Shown here in pieces: positions 54,640-63,662 of a stretch of 64,000 nt of DNA (the first letter of the stretch is position 1; every line of letters begins with the position of its first letter). Origin of the DNA: Tidjanibacter sp. (lineage in GTDB: Bacteria; Bacteroidota; Bacteroidia; Bacteroidales; Rikenellaceae); NCBI GenBank assembly GCA_045634145.1, contig JAZQZS010000005.1, forward strand, positions 32,492 through 96,491, in the 5' to 3' direction. The notes under the pieces are model-generated. The model was not told the origin of the DNA. It was given only the letters and a program-made list of their open reading frames with translations, and did not search any database. A program made the translations under genes and the position numbers.

Positions 54640-55575
54640 ATGGATATTTCGGTTGTAATACCTCTGCTCAATGAGGCCGAGTCGCTGGGCGAACTCCACT
54701 CGTGGATTGGCCGTGTGATGTTGGCCGAGGGCTATTCGTATGAGTTGATTTTTGTCGATGACGGCTCGACCGACGAGTCGTGGAGTGTGATTGAGGGGCT
54801 TGCAGCTGCCGACAACCACGTCAAGGCGGTGCGCTTCCGTAGCAACTACGGCAAGAGTGCGGCTCTCTACTGCGGCTTCGAGCGTGCCGAGGGCGACGTG
54901 GTTATCACTATGGATGCCGACCTGCAAGACTCGCCCGACGAGATTCCCGCCTTGTACCGAATGATTACCGAGGAGGGCTATGATATGGTTTCGGGCTGGA
55001 AACGCAAACGCCACGACCCCAAGGCCAAGACCCTGCCCAGCAAACTCTTCAATGCCACTTGCCGTAAGGTGTCGGGCATCAAACTGCACGACTTCAACTG
55101 TGGCTTGAAGGCCTACCGCAACAAGGTGGTTAAGAGTATCGAGGTCTATGGCGAGATGCACCGCTATATTCCCATGTTGGCCAAGAAGGCCGGCTTTGGC
55201 AAGATTGGCGAGAAGGAGGTTACCCACTACGCCCGCAAGTTTGGCGTGTCGAAATATGGCTGGGAGAGGCTCTTGAAGGGCTATCTCGACCTCGTGACGG
55301 TGATGTTCGTGTCGAAATACGGCCGCTCGCCTATGTACTTCTTTGGTGGCGCAGGCACGCTGATGTTCTTGGTGGGCTTTGTGTCCATTGTGTGGATTGT
55401 GGTCGAGAAGTTGGCCTTTGGCTATCCGCTTACCAACCAGCCACTCTTCTACCTCAGCTTGGTGGCTATCGTGTTGGGTGTGGTGCTGTTTTTGGCGGGC
55501 TTTTTGGGCGAACTCATCAACCGCAATGCTCCCGAACGCAACCACTATTTTATCGACGAAGAATTGACAAAATAA
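54640..55575 (+). CDS. glycosyltransferase family 2 (polyprenol-phosphate sugar synthase, DPM1-like) with C-terminal TM pair
   Basis: MDISVVIPLLNE ; FVDDGSTD ; DADLQD. Confidence 0.88.
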   Translation: MDISVVIPLLNEAESLGELHSWIGRVMLAEGYSYELIFVDDGSTDESWSVIEGLAAADNHVKAVRFRSNYGKSAALYCGFERAEGDVVITMDADLQDSPDEIPALYRMITEEGYDMVSGWKRKRHDPKAKTLPSKLFNATCRKVSGIKLHDFNCGLKAYRNKVVKSIEVYGEMHRYIPMLAKKAGFGKIGEKEVTHYARKFGVSKYGWERLLKGYLDLVTVMFVSKYGRSPMYFFGGAGTLMFLVGFVSIVWIVVEKLAFGYPLTNQPLFYLSLVAIVLGVVLFLAGFLGELINRNAPERNHYFIDEELTK

Positions 55576-55599
55576 CCTTAAATAATTGGAGAAAAAAAT

Positions 55600-56034
55600 A
55601 TGCTTCAACGTATACAGACCGTTTACCTGCTGCTGGCAGCAGGACTGATGACCGCAATGTGCCTCTCGCCCCTGGGCCGCTATGCCGTGGATGGCGTGGA
55701 GGACGCATTTATGGCTTTTGATTTCTGGTGGCTGGGTGTGCTGTTGGCCCTCTGCGCGCTGGTGCCATTTGTTACCATCTGGCTCTTTAAGAACCGCTTT
55801 TTGCAGATTAGGCTCTGCTGTGCCGAGGTGGTGTTGCTGCTTGGTGCTCAGGGATTTGCACTCTGGTATGCTGTTCGCTTCGGCAATGTGGCCGAGAGTA
55901 TGGGCAATGCCACTATGAGCCAGGTGTGTACCCCCGTGGTATTCCCCATTGTGGCTCTGATTTTGACCATTATGGCCATTAGGGGCATCGTGAAGGACGA
56001 ACGCTTGGTGCGCTCGCTCGACCGAGTTCGCTAA
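55600..56034 (+). CDS. DUF4293-like membrane protein
   Basis: 144 aa, 4 TM, MLQRIQTVYLLLAA.. . Conserved partner downstream of the GT2. Confidence 0.65.
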   Translation: MLQRIQTVYLLLAAGLMTAMCLSPLGRYAVDGVEDAFMAFDFWWLGVLLALCALVPFVTIWLFKNRFLQIRLCCAEVVLLLGAQGFALWYAVRFGNVAESMGNATMSQVCTPVVFPIVALILTIMAIRGIVKDERLVRSLDRVR

Positions 56035-56113
56035 TTGAGCCGAAAGGAATAACGAAAGAAGGCTATGTTGCAAGCAGCAACATAGCCTTCTTTGTGTTTG
56101 TGCGGATGCGGAA

Positions 56114-56704
56114 TTACTCCGTCTTGTCGATGTAGAGAACGCCGTCGAGGTGGTCGATTTCGTGCTGGAAGATTACGGCCACAAAACCCTCGATGTGCTC
56201 TTTGCAGGGGGCAAATGTGATAGCATCGTTGTAGGTGATGTCGATGGCGGTGTGGCGTAGCACCCTGCCACGTTTGTTAGGCACCGAGAGGCAACCCTCG
56301 CCACCCGTGGCACACTCCTCGCTGCGCCAAACAATCTCGGGATTGACGTAGATTTCAAACGGACCGCCCTTTTTGTCGAGCCTCTGCACCACAACCACGC
56401 GACGCAAAATGCCCACCTGTGGAGCAGCGATGCCCACACCTCTGTGGCCCTCGTCACACACGGTCTCGATCATCGAGGCTGCGAGTCGGCCAAAGACGGG
56501 CGAGAGGATATCGCTCTTGGTGAGGGGAGTAGAGGGGGTGCGCAATAGTAGCGAGTCGGGGCGGTTGTCGATGGTGGTCAGCTCCATTCGCGAGTAGCGG
56601 GCAGCGTTTATCAGACTGCGCTCTTGGTCGCTCCACGACGAGGTGGTGCACGACGCAAGAAGGGCGCAGAGGAGGGTTAAAAATATGGTTGAGCTCTTTT
56701 TCAT
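56114..56704 (-). CDS. def: peptide deformylase homologue with N-terminal lipoprotein signal peptide
   Basis: All three PDF motifs are present (GVGIAAPQVG, EGCLSVP, QHEIDHLDG), preceded by MKKSSTIFLTLLCALLASC (lipobox LASC). Alternative internal start at Met40 (56587). Confidence 0.85.
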   Translation of the reverse strand: MKKSSTIFLTLLCALLASCTTSSWSDQERSLINAARYSRMELTTIDNRPDSLLLRTPSTPLTKSDILSPVFGRLAASMIETVCDEGHRGVGIAAPQVGILRRVVVVQRLDKKGGPFEIYVNPEIVWRSEECATGGEGCLSVPNKRGRVLRHTAIDITYNDAITFAPCKEHIEGFVAVIFQHEIDHLDGVLYIDKTE

Positions 56705-56731
56705 AATTTGTAATGTGTTGGAGTGGTTTAA

Positions 56732-57052
56732 CTATCTGATTTTGTGGGGCATATCTTCGGGCAGAACTATGGAATATTCCACAAGTCCGGCCACCTCGCC
56801 ATTCTGATACCAAGGGGTTTGGTAGATGAGCTTTTTCACTCCCTTTTTCTCTATCGTGTAGGCGTTCGAGGAGCCCTGTGCGAGCATCTGCTGAATGGCC
56901 TCCCACGAGGCGGGTTTGTGACACTCTTGTAGGTTTGCGCCGCGTGCATCGCCCAGCGCGCTTATGGCTCGTTGGTTTTGATACACCACCTTGCCCTCTT
57001 TGTCGCATACGGTCATTGCTACCGCTACCGACTCGAAATAATTCTCTATCAT
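56732..57052 (-). CDS. small PAS-domain protein
   Basis: 106 aa from MIENYFESVAVAMTVCDKEGKVVYQNQRA.. (PAS-like). This is the only credible part of the 495-aa ORF 56732-58219. Confidence 0.55.
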   Translation of the reverse strand: MIENYFESVAVAMTVCDKEGKVVYQNQRAISALGDARGANLQECHKPASWEAIQQMLAQGSSNAYTIEKKGVKKLIYQTPWYQNGEVAGLVEYSIVLPEDMPHKIR

Positions 57053-57142
57053 AATATCCGATTTTTGTACGTTTACTACAAAGGTAGTAAGTTTCTGCCA
57101 GAAATAGGCCCACTTTCGCGAAAAATAACTACTTTTGTGGCT

Positions 57143-58216
57143 ATGAATCGTAGTATGCCCAAATTTGTCGTAGCGCTGATAACTGCCGTGCTGATGCCGT
57201 TGAGCATCGGTGCGCAGGAGTTGTTGTGGAGTGCCTCGTTCGACTTCCGCTTCGACAACCGTGAGTATGGCGACCCAAGCGTGATGATTGCACCCTCGGA
57301 GACGCTCTTCGGAGCCTCGCTGATGCCCCAGGTGGGGTTGGGATGGAGCGTTAATCACTCGCTGATGGCGGGTGCGATGTTGCCTGCCGATATGGGTAGC
57401 CCCAACTTTATGGGCAAGCCCGAGTGGATGGCCTACTACAACTTCGATGGCGACAACTTCAAGGCCTACACGGGTATCTTCCCCCGCTCGGCTATGCGTG
57501 GCGACTACTCGCTGGCTATGTTCTCCGAGGCGGTCAAGTTTAACGACAAGGTGCTCGAAGGCGCTATGGTGCAGTATGTGACCTCCGATTGGTATGCCGA
57601 GTTTGGCTGCGATTGGATGGGCCTGCCGACCGAGACTCAGAGGGAGCGATTTATGCTCTTCTGTGCGGGCCGTGCCTGGAAGGGATTCTCTTATGCGGGC
57701 TATGCGGGCACAATGTTCCACCACGCGGGCAGCAAGACTCTGGGCGGAGTGGTCGATAATGCACTTGCCGAGGCCTATCTGGGCTTGGACTTTCAGAATA
57801 TCTTGCCCTTCGACCGCAGCTACATCGAGGTGGGTTGGTTGCAGGGCTACCAGAACGACCGCAAGTATGGCGACGGCCCTAAACTGCCCGGTGGATGGCA
57901 GTTGGAGGTGGGCTGGGAGCACCAAGATGTGGGCTTCTGCAATACCTTCTACAAGGGTGGCAACCTTATGCCCTTCTACGACTCGCCCTACGAGGATAAA
58001 AACGGAGCACCCTATGCCGAACAGCTCTACTTTGGCGACACCTTCTACCGCACGGGCGAAAAGGGGCTCTACAACCGCTTGGAGCTCTACTATGCACCCC
58101 GACTGAGGGGCGGAGTGAGGCTCCGTATGTCGTCGGTACACCACTACGACGGCATCCATTGGGGTTGGCAACAGATTATTGCCCTGTCGATAGATATTGG
58201 CGGAGGAATGTTTTAG
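57143..58216 (+). CDS. hypothetical exported protein, probable outer-membrane beta-barrel
   Basis: Signal peptide ..VVALITAVLMPLSIGAQE; aromatic/Gly-rich alternating pattern; C-terminal ..IDIGGGMF (terminal Phe). Alternative start at 57155. Confidence 0.65.
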   Translation: MNRSMPKFVVALITAVLMPLSIGAQELLWSASFDFRFDNREYGDPSVMIAPSETLFGASLMPQVGLGWSVNHSLMAGAMLPADMGSPNFMGKPEWMAYYNFDGDNFKAYTGIFPRSAMRGDYSLAMFSEAVKFNDKVLEGAMVQYVTSDWYAEFGCDWMGLPTETQRERFMLFCAGRAWKGFSYAGYAGTMFHHAGSKTLGGVVDNALAEAYLGLDFQNILPFDRSYIEVGWLQGYQNDRKYGDGPKLPGGWQLEVGWEHQDVGFCNTFYKGGNLMPFYDSPYEDKNGAPYAEQLYFGDTFYRTGEKGLYNRLELYYAPRLRGGVRLRMSSVHHYDGIHWGWQQIIALSIDIGGGMF

Positions 58217-58248
58217 CACTTGACGACAAAACGAAATAAAACAATACT

Positions 58249-60210
58249 ATGAAAAAATTACTTTACACTCTCTTTGTGGCACTGCTGGCCGTGGGCTGTT
58301 GTGTTACTCCCCCCGAACCCACTCCGCCCGATGTACCCCCATCGCCCCCCGATTCCGTGGCAGGCTATGTGGTAATAAACGAGATTAACGTACACAAGCA
58401 GTACATCGAGCTCTACAACGTGGGCGACGATGCGGTGGTTATTGGTGGCGCCAAGCTGCGCAAAAACAACGAGATGATGACCACCTCCGAGGGTGGCGTG
58501 TGGAGTATTCCAGAGGGTGTGGAGCTGGCAGCCAAGAGCTATGCGCTGATTAGCTGCAACGGCACAGCCAACACCTACGACTGCCCCAACTACTATGGTG
58601 CTACGGCTACCAAGATAGATGGCGATGTGTCGATGTTGCTCGAACTGCTCTCGGCCTCGGGCGAGCGCATAGACTACTTTGTGAACACCTACATAACTAA
58701 CCCCAAGGCTCTGGATGCGTGGGGCGGATATGTGGAGCACCGCTTCGATGTGGCTTCCCGTATTCCCGACGGTGCGGGCTGGTGGGTGACCGATGGTGGC
58801 ACTCCCGGTGCTGTGAACAACACCTCTATGAGTTTTGAGTTCAAGAACACCCAGATGAATTGGGTGGGTAGTGGCGAGGTGCTCAGAGAGGATTTGGAGT
58901 ATGAGCAGGCCCTCGCGTCGCTCTTCGACTTTGGTAATATGCCCACCTTCAAGATTAGCATCTCGCAGGAGGAGTGGAACAAGCTGCTGAGCTACTACGA
59001 CCACAACTCCAAGACCAAGAAATATGTGAGGTGTAACGTGTCGTACAGTCGTTCGGGTGGCACTCGCACCATTCGCGATGCGGGCATCCGACTCAGGGGC
59101 AACACCTCGCGTCGTCGTCCCGAGAGCATTGTCGATGGCGTTACTCACCACCGCACCGACAATACCGATTGGAATCACTGCCACTTCGGACTCAACTTCC
59201 GCAAGTTCTACAAAGATAAAGACCACACCATCAACGGCGTTCGCAAGGTGAACCTCAAATGGTTCAAGGACGACCCAATGTATGTGAGGGAGCTCTACTG
59301 CTACGACCTCTTCCGTCGCTTTGGTGTGTGGACTGCCGTGAATGATGTCTACTGCCGTCTGTCGCTTCACGTCGAGGGCGACTCGATGCCCGCCTACTAC
59401 GGTGTTTACCAGATGATTGAGGCTATCGACGACGAGTATCTGAAAGCTCGCGTTATGGAGTTCCGTGGTGCCAAGGGCAACTTGTGGAAGTGTCGCTGGG
59501 GTGCCGACTTGAAAGACCTCAATGACGACAGCAAGTTTGGCCTCGATGTGGGTGGCGACGAGGAGTGGACCTATGAGCTCAAGACCGAGAATGCCGACTT
59601 CGACGACGCCAAGGCCCAGCTGAAAGACTTTATCCGCAAGATAAACACCCTCCAAGGTCAGGAGTTCCACGATTGGATTGCCGAGGTTACCGATGTGGAG
59701 TTGTTGCTGAAAACCTATGCCGTGAATGTTATGGTAGGTATGTGGGACGACTATTGGAACAATATGAGCAACTACTACATCTATTTCAACCGCACCGACG
59801 AGTACTATAAGTTCTTCTTTATTCCCTACGACTACGATAACACGCTGGGAACGTCGCACAACTGCGGTGTGATTAGCGACTCGGGCACCCACAACCCGCT
59901 CGAATGGGGTGACACAAGTCGCTCGCCTCTGATTGGCAAGATTTTGCAGTTCGACGACTACCGTCGTATCTACGTCAATGCACTGAATGCGCTTGCAACT
60001 CAGGGCAAAGACCTCTTTGCCACCACCGAGAGTATTCAGCGAATTCAGGCTTGGCAGTCGGTTATTAAGCAATATGTGCCCAACGACACGGGCGAGGATA
60101 TGGAGATTAAAGACCGCCCTGCTTCGTGGGGTAATCAGTCGCAGTACCGCCTGCTGTCGCCCGTCAATAACTTCTTCACCACCAAGATGAATAGCATTCC
60201 CTCGAATTAG
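58249..60210 (+). CDS. CotH-family kinase-like lipoprotein with N-terminal lamin-tail (LTD) domain
   Basis: 653 aa; lipobox LLAVGCC, Pro-rich linker, LTD-like VVINEINV..IELYN, then CotH pattern (..IRLRGNTSRR.. YYGVYQMIE ..YDYDNTLG..). Confidence 0.8.
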   Translation: MKKLLYTLFVALLAVGCCVTPPEPTPPDVPPSPPDSVAGYVVINEINVHKQYIELYNVGDDAVVIGGAKLRKNNEMMTTSEGGVWSIPEGVELAAKSYALISCNGTANTYDCPNYYGATATKIDGDVSMLLELLSASGERIDYFVNTYITNPKALDAWGGYVEHRFDVASRIPDGAGWWVTDGGTPGAVNNTSMSFEFKNTQMNWVGSGEVLREDLEYEQALASLFDFGNMPTFKISISQEEWNKLLSYYDHNSKTKKYVRCNVSYSRSGGTRTIRDAGIRLRGNTSRRRPESIVDGVTHHRTDNTDWNHCHFGLNFRKFYKDKDHTINGVRKVNLKWFKDDPMYVRELYCYDLFRRFGVWTAVNDVYCRLSLHVEGDSMPAYYGVYQMIEAIDDEYLKARVMEFRGAKGNLWKCRWGADLKDLNDDSKFGLDVGGDEEWTYELKTENADFDDAKAQLKDFIRKINTLQGQEFHDWIAEVTDVELLLKTYAVNVMVGMWDDYWNNMSNYYIYFNRTDEYYKFFFIPYDYDNTLGTSHNCGVISDSGTHNPLEWGDTSRSPLIGKILQFDDYRRIYVNALNALATQGKDLFATTESIQRIQAWQSVIKQYVPNDTGEDMEIKDRPASWGNQSQYRLLSPVNNFFTTKMNSIPSN

Positions 60211-60291
60211 TCGGGGAGTGCCATATAATAGAAACAAGTCCGACTTTCCGCAGTGGAAAGTCGGACTTGTTTTTTGCGTTGTGGAGTGACC

Positions 60292-61587
60292 CTATTTGAG
60301 CCTCAGGAACGAGTAGCCAAAGCGTTCGCAGGCGGCCCTTTCGAGTTCTTCGCGCACCGAGGGGTGGGCGATGTTAATAAGGGCACGGGCGCGCTCGGCC
60401 AGGTTTTTGCCTTTCAGGAAGGCGATACCCTGCTCGGTAACCACATACTGAGTCTGGAAACGGGTTGTTACCACACCGGCTCCTTCGGTCAGTACGGGTT
60501 TTATTTTCGACACTCCCTTGGGGGTTATGGAGCTCATCGCAATGAAGGTCTTGCCACCCTCGGAGAGCGCTCCGCCATACATAAAGTCGTGCTGACCTCC
60601 CACGCCCGAAAAGATGCGGGTGCCAATCGAGTCGGCACACACCTGACCCGTGAGGTCCACTTCGAGGGCCGAGTTTATGGCCATCATCTTGTGGTTCTGA
60701 CGTATGCGGAAGGGGTCGTTGGTCCAGGCCACATCCTTCACCAACAGCTCCTTGTTGTAGTCCATATAGTCGTATAGGCGACGCGAGCCGAGGGCCAGAC
60801 AGCACACCGTCTTGCCGCGCTCGATGACCTTCTGCGAGTTGTCTATCACTCCGCTGTTGATTAGGGGTACCACGCCGTCGGTCAGAGCCTCGGTGTGGAG
60901 TCCCAGGTGCTTGTGGTTCGACAGAGCCGCCAGCACGGCATTGGGAATACCGCCCACACCAATTTGGAGGGTTGCTCCGTCGGGAATCTGCTCGGCAATG
61001 TAGCCGCCAATCTTGCGCTCATCGTCGTTGGGCTCTACGGTGGGTAACGCCACGGGCTCGGCATCAACCCTCACGGCTGCGTCGATGCGGTCGATGTGGA
61101 CCAGAGCGTCGCCATAGGTGTAGGGTATGCGGGGGTTAATCTGGGCGATGATTATGCGGGCTGTCTCGGCGGCACTCACCGCCAGGTCGGCCGAGATGCC
61201 ATAGCTGCAATAGCCGTTCTCGTCGGGCTCGGAGCAGTTGAGCAGACATACGTCGTACTTGATATATCCCTCCCTCACAAGTGCAGGCACCTCGCCCAAA
61301 AAGCAGGGGATGATGGAGCCATAACCGCTGGCAATGGTATTGCGGAAGTTGTTGGCCACAAAGAAACTCTGGGGCGTAAAACTCTCGGCCATTTCGGGGG
61401 TGCCATAGGGGATGTCGCGCGTGCCTATGGCAAAGGCGCTGTAAACCTCCACACCTCTCAGTTCGGGGGCTCGTGCGGTCATTGCGTCTACCAACACCTC
61501 GGGGATGCTGGTCGAGCCCTGAACATATACCTTGTCGTAGCTCTTGATAAGTTTTGCTGCTTCGGCAGCCGTTGTGTAATTTGCCAT
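60292..61587 (-). CDS. acetyl-CoA hydrolase/transferase family protein (4-hydroxybutyrate/butyryl-CoA:acetate CoA-transferase-like)
   Basis: 431 aa; ..VYVQGSTSIPEVL.. ; ..EALTDG.. ; ..SGVGGQHDF... Confidence 0.85.
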   Translation of the reverse strand: MANYTTAAEAAKLIKSYDKVYVQGSTSIPEVLVDAMTARAPELRGVEVYSAFAIGTRDIPYGTPEMAESFTPQSFFVANNFRNTIASGYGSIIPCFLGEVPALVREGYIKYDVCLLNCSEPDENGYCSYGISADLAVSAAETARIIIAQINPRIPYTYGDALVHIDRIDAAVRVDAEPVALPTVEPNDDERKIGGYIAEQIPDGATLQIGVGGIPNAVLAALSNHKHLGLHTEALTDGVVPLINSGVIDNSQKVIERGKTVCCLALGSRRLYDYMDYNKELLVKDVAWTNDPFRIRQNHKMMAINSALEVDLTGQVCADSIGTRIFSGVGGQHDFMYGGALSEGGKTFIAMSSITPKGVSKIKPVLTEGAGVVTTRFQTQYVVTEQGIAFLKGKNLAERARALINIAHPSVREELERAACERFGYSFLRLK

Positions 61588-61696
61588 TTTTTGTTTTTTC
61601 TTTTTGTTTGTCGCTTTTTTGTAAAAAAGCTCCGCAAAAAACTTTTCTGAGATATTCGCCTTGGGCTCGTATCTCTTACATTACTTTGCTCTACCC
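61588..61696 (-). repeat. dispersed structured intergenic element, copy D (reverse orientation), abutting the CoA-transferase ATG
   Basis: Reverse complement reads GGGTAGAGCAAAGTAATGTAAGAGATACGAGCCCAAGGCGAATATCTCAGAAAAGTTTTTTGCGGAGCTTTTTTACAAAAAAGCGACAAACAAAAAGAAAAAACAAAAA-ATG. Confidence 0.85.
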
Positions 61697-61724
61697 TAAG
61701 AGCCTTAATGCTCAGAGAAAATCT

Positions 61725-61745
61725 TCAATTTTCAATTTTCAACTG
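61725..61745 (-). repeat. tandem heptamer array, 3 units (TCAAYTK)
   Basis: tcaattt tcaattt tcaactg. The aminotransferase stop (61725-61727) is the TGA of the last unit; the protein ends ..QLKIEN. Confidence 0.85.
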
Positions 61746-63038
61746 CTCAAACATTGCCAATCGTTTGTCGAGCAGGTCGTAGTGGTGTGGGAGAATGGCG
61801 CTCGAACAAGCTCTTATGCCCTTGTGGGTAGCACCCGTCGAGGCGAGCGTAATGCCGCTAATGCCACACATGAGCAACTTTTCGAGCAGCTGGTTTTCGT
61901 CCATATCGTTGTAGCCTATGGTGAAGAAGAAACCGTCGCCTACGGGCTGGTCAACGTCGGTGTCGTAGACCACATTGAAGCCGTGGCGGGCAAAAATCTC
62001 CCTCAGTCGGGCAGTACGGGCGGCATACTCCCTGATTTCCTCTACATAGTTGTACTTGCCCTCGGCTGCCAGGCGGAACATCTCGGCCAGAGCCATCTGG
62101 GCCGAGTGGGACACGCCCGACGAGAGGGTGTAGATGAGCTTGTGGACAAATACGTTGCCGAACGAGGCGAGGCCGAAACGCTTTTGGAGTTGCTCACTCT
62201 TGCGCTCAAACAGCGCGTCGCTGATGCAAGCCACAGCAATACGCTCGCCTGCATAACTAAATATCTTCGAGCCACTTAGTAGCATTACATAATTGTCGGT
62301 ATAGTGACTCACGCTCACCTGCTTGGGCAGTCCGCAGGGGGCCATCTCCGTCTGGCGGAAATCCATAGTCAGGTAGGCCAAATCCTCAATCACAACCACG
62401 TCATACTTGTTGGCCATACGACCGATTGTGCGCAGTTCGTCGTCGGTCAGACACATCCACGAGGGGTTGTTGGGGGTGGAGTAGAGCAGTGCGGCAATGC
62501 GCCCGCTGCTGAGCTCCTCCTCCAATTTGGCTTCCAACTTTTCGGCTCGGTAGTCGAACAAATCGAAAGACTCTTTGCGGATGCCGATGATGTCGGCCTG
62601 AACTTTCTGTACGGGGAATCCGGGGTCGATGTAGAGAATCGTATCCTTCTCGGCCGAGAGGTTCGACACGGCCATCAGGGTTGCGTATGCGCCCTGCATC
62701 GAGCCTACGGTGGGGATTATCGAGCGTGGCGAGATGTGGGTGCCAATGACGGCCTCGATAAACATCGAAGCGGCCTGTTTCAGCTCGGGCTCGCCGTCGA
62801 TGGCGGGGTATACGGCCGGCACACCTCGGTCGATGGCGGCTTTTTGTGCCTCGGCACCAATGCGCGAACAGGGCAGTCCGGGCACGCCAATCTCGAAGTG
62901 GATAAACTCTTGTCCTGTGGCGGCCTCAAAGTTTTTCACAACAGTAACAAGCTGTCGTATGGAGAGTTTGTCGAGCGATTCGACTTCCATTTTTTGCAGC
63001 GTCTGCTCTATGAGCAAGCTGTCTACAATGGGTTTCAT
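61725..63038 (-). CDS. PLP-dependent aminotransferase, class I/II
   Basis: Start at MKPIVDSLLIEQ (63038). ..NPSW.., PLP-Lys context SGSKIFSYAGERIA. The 55-aa ORF-track extension runs through the promoter region. Confidence 0.82.
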   Translation of the reverse strand: MKPIVDSLLIEQTLQKMEVESLDKLSIRQLVTVVKNFEAATGQEFIHFEIGVPGLPCSRIGAEAQKAAIDRGVPAVYPAIDGEPELKQAASMFIEAVIGTHISPRSIIPTVGSMQGAYATLMAVSNLSAEKDTILYIDPGFPVQKVQADIIGIRKESFDLFDYRAEKLEAKLEEELSSGRIAALLYSTPNNPSWMCLTDDELRTIGRMANKYDVVVIEDLAYLTMDFRQTEMAPCGLPKQVSVSHYTDNYVMLLSGSKIFSYAGERIAVACISDALFERKSEQLQKRFGLASFGNVFVHKLIYTLSSGVSHSAQMALAEMFRLAAEGKYNYVEEIREYAARTARLREIFARHGFNVVYDTDVDQPVGDGFFFTIGYNDMDENQLLEKLLMCGISGITLASTGATHKGIRACSSAILPHHYDLLDKRLAMFEQLKIEN

Positions 63039-63074
63039 GATGTTGTTGGTTTTAGGTGAAGTTTTAAGTGTTTC

Positions 63075-63082
63075 CAAAGGTA
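63075..63082 (-). promoter_or_regulatory. -7 box candidate for the aminotransferase gene
   Basis: Minus strand reads TACCTTTG, with only a TTG 20 nt upstream. Confidence 0.3.
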
Positions 63083-63143
63083 GGCTTTTGTGCGCAGATT
63101 TCCAAGCAAGTAGCACAAAATGTGAAAAAAATAACATTGGCGC

Positions 63144-63174
63144 TTTGAAGTCAAAGAAAATAGAGTTATCTTTG
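63144..63174 (+). promoter_or_regulatory. canonical Bacteroidota promoter for gcvH
   Basis: TTTG (63144-63147), N19, TATCTTTG (63167-63174). Confidence 0.55.
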
Positions 63175-63240
63175 GAGAGTTTTTTGGCGAATTGTATTTG
63201 CAAGCGAAATCAACACTAATAACATAAAACTTTACACATT

Positions 63241-63618
63241 ATGAACATTCCCGCAGAATTGAAGTATTCGAAAGACCACGAGTGGATTAAAGTGGTTGAT
63301 GGTAACGAGGCATTGGTAGGTATTACCGACTTTGCACAGGGCGAGCTTGGCGACATCGTATTTGTTGATGTTCCCAGCGTAGGTGAGGTTGTAGGCGCTC
63401 ACGAGGTATTCGGCTCGATCGAGGCTGTTAAGACCGTTTCGGACGTATTCTTGCCCGTAACCGGCGAGGTTTTGGAGTTCAACCCCGAGGTTGATGCCGA
63501 CCCCGCATTGGTAAACAAAGAGCCCTACGAGGGTGGCTGGTTGGTTCGCATCCGTATGGAGAACCCCGCAGAGTTGGAGGACCTGCTCGACGCCGAGGCT
63601 TACAAAGCTCTCTTGTAA
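63241..63618 (+). CDS. gcvH: glycine cleavage system protein H
   Basis: 125 aa; lipoyl-lysine motif [11 protein letters not shown]. Confidence 0.94.
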   Translation: MNIPAELKYSKDHEWIKVVDGNEALVGITDFAQGELGDIVFVDVPSVGEVVGAHEVFGSIEAVKTVSDVFLPVTGEVLEFNPEVDADPALVNKEPYEGGWLVRIRMENPAELEDLLDAEAYKALL

Positions 63619-63662
63619 TAACTGAATTTTTCCTATAAATCTAATAAAAACAGAGAAGTAAA

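Noticed and set aside
56732-58219. 495-aa minus-strand ORF spanning the PAS gene and the antisense of the barrel-like gene.
   Set aside because: Only the last 106 codons (from ATG 57052) look like a real PAS-type protein. The upstream 389 codons are antisense shadow of the signal-peptide protein at 57143-58216 and run through the divergent intergenic region.
58258-60237. 659-aa minus-strand ORF mirroring the CotH gene. Similar gene-length antisense ORFs occur at 373-2028, 3994-5835, 23233-24222, 27386-28666, 36529-37617, 49059-50171 and 54613-56073.
   Set aside because: Each lies antisense to a gene with clear family motifs. Their translations are low-complexity (V/G/H/A/R-rich) with no motifs. 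Long antisense frames are expected where sense codons TTA, CTA and TCA are rare, as in GC3-rich coding sequence. I treat them as non-coding shadows.
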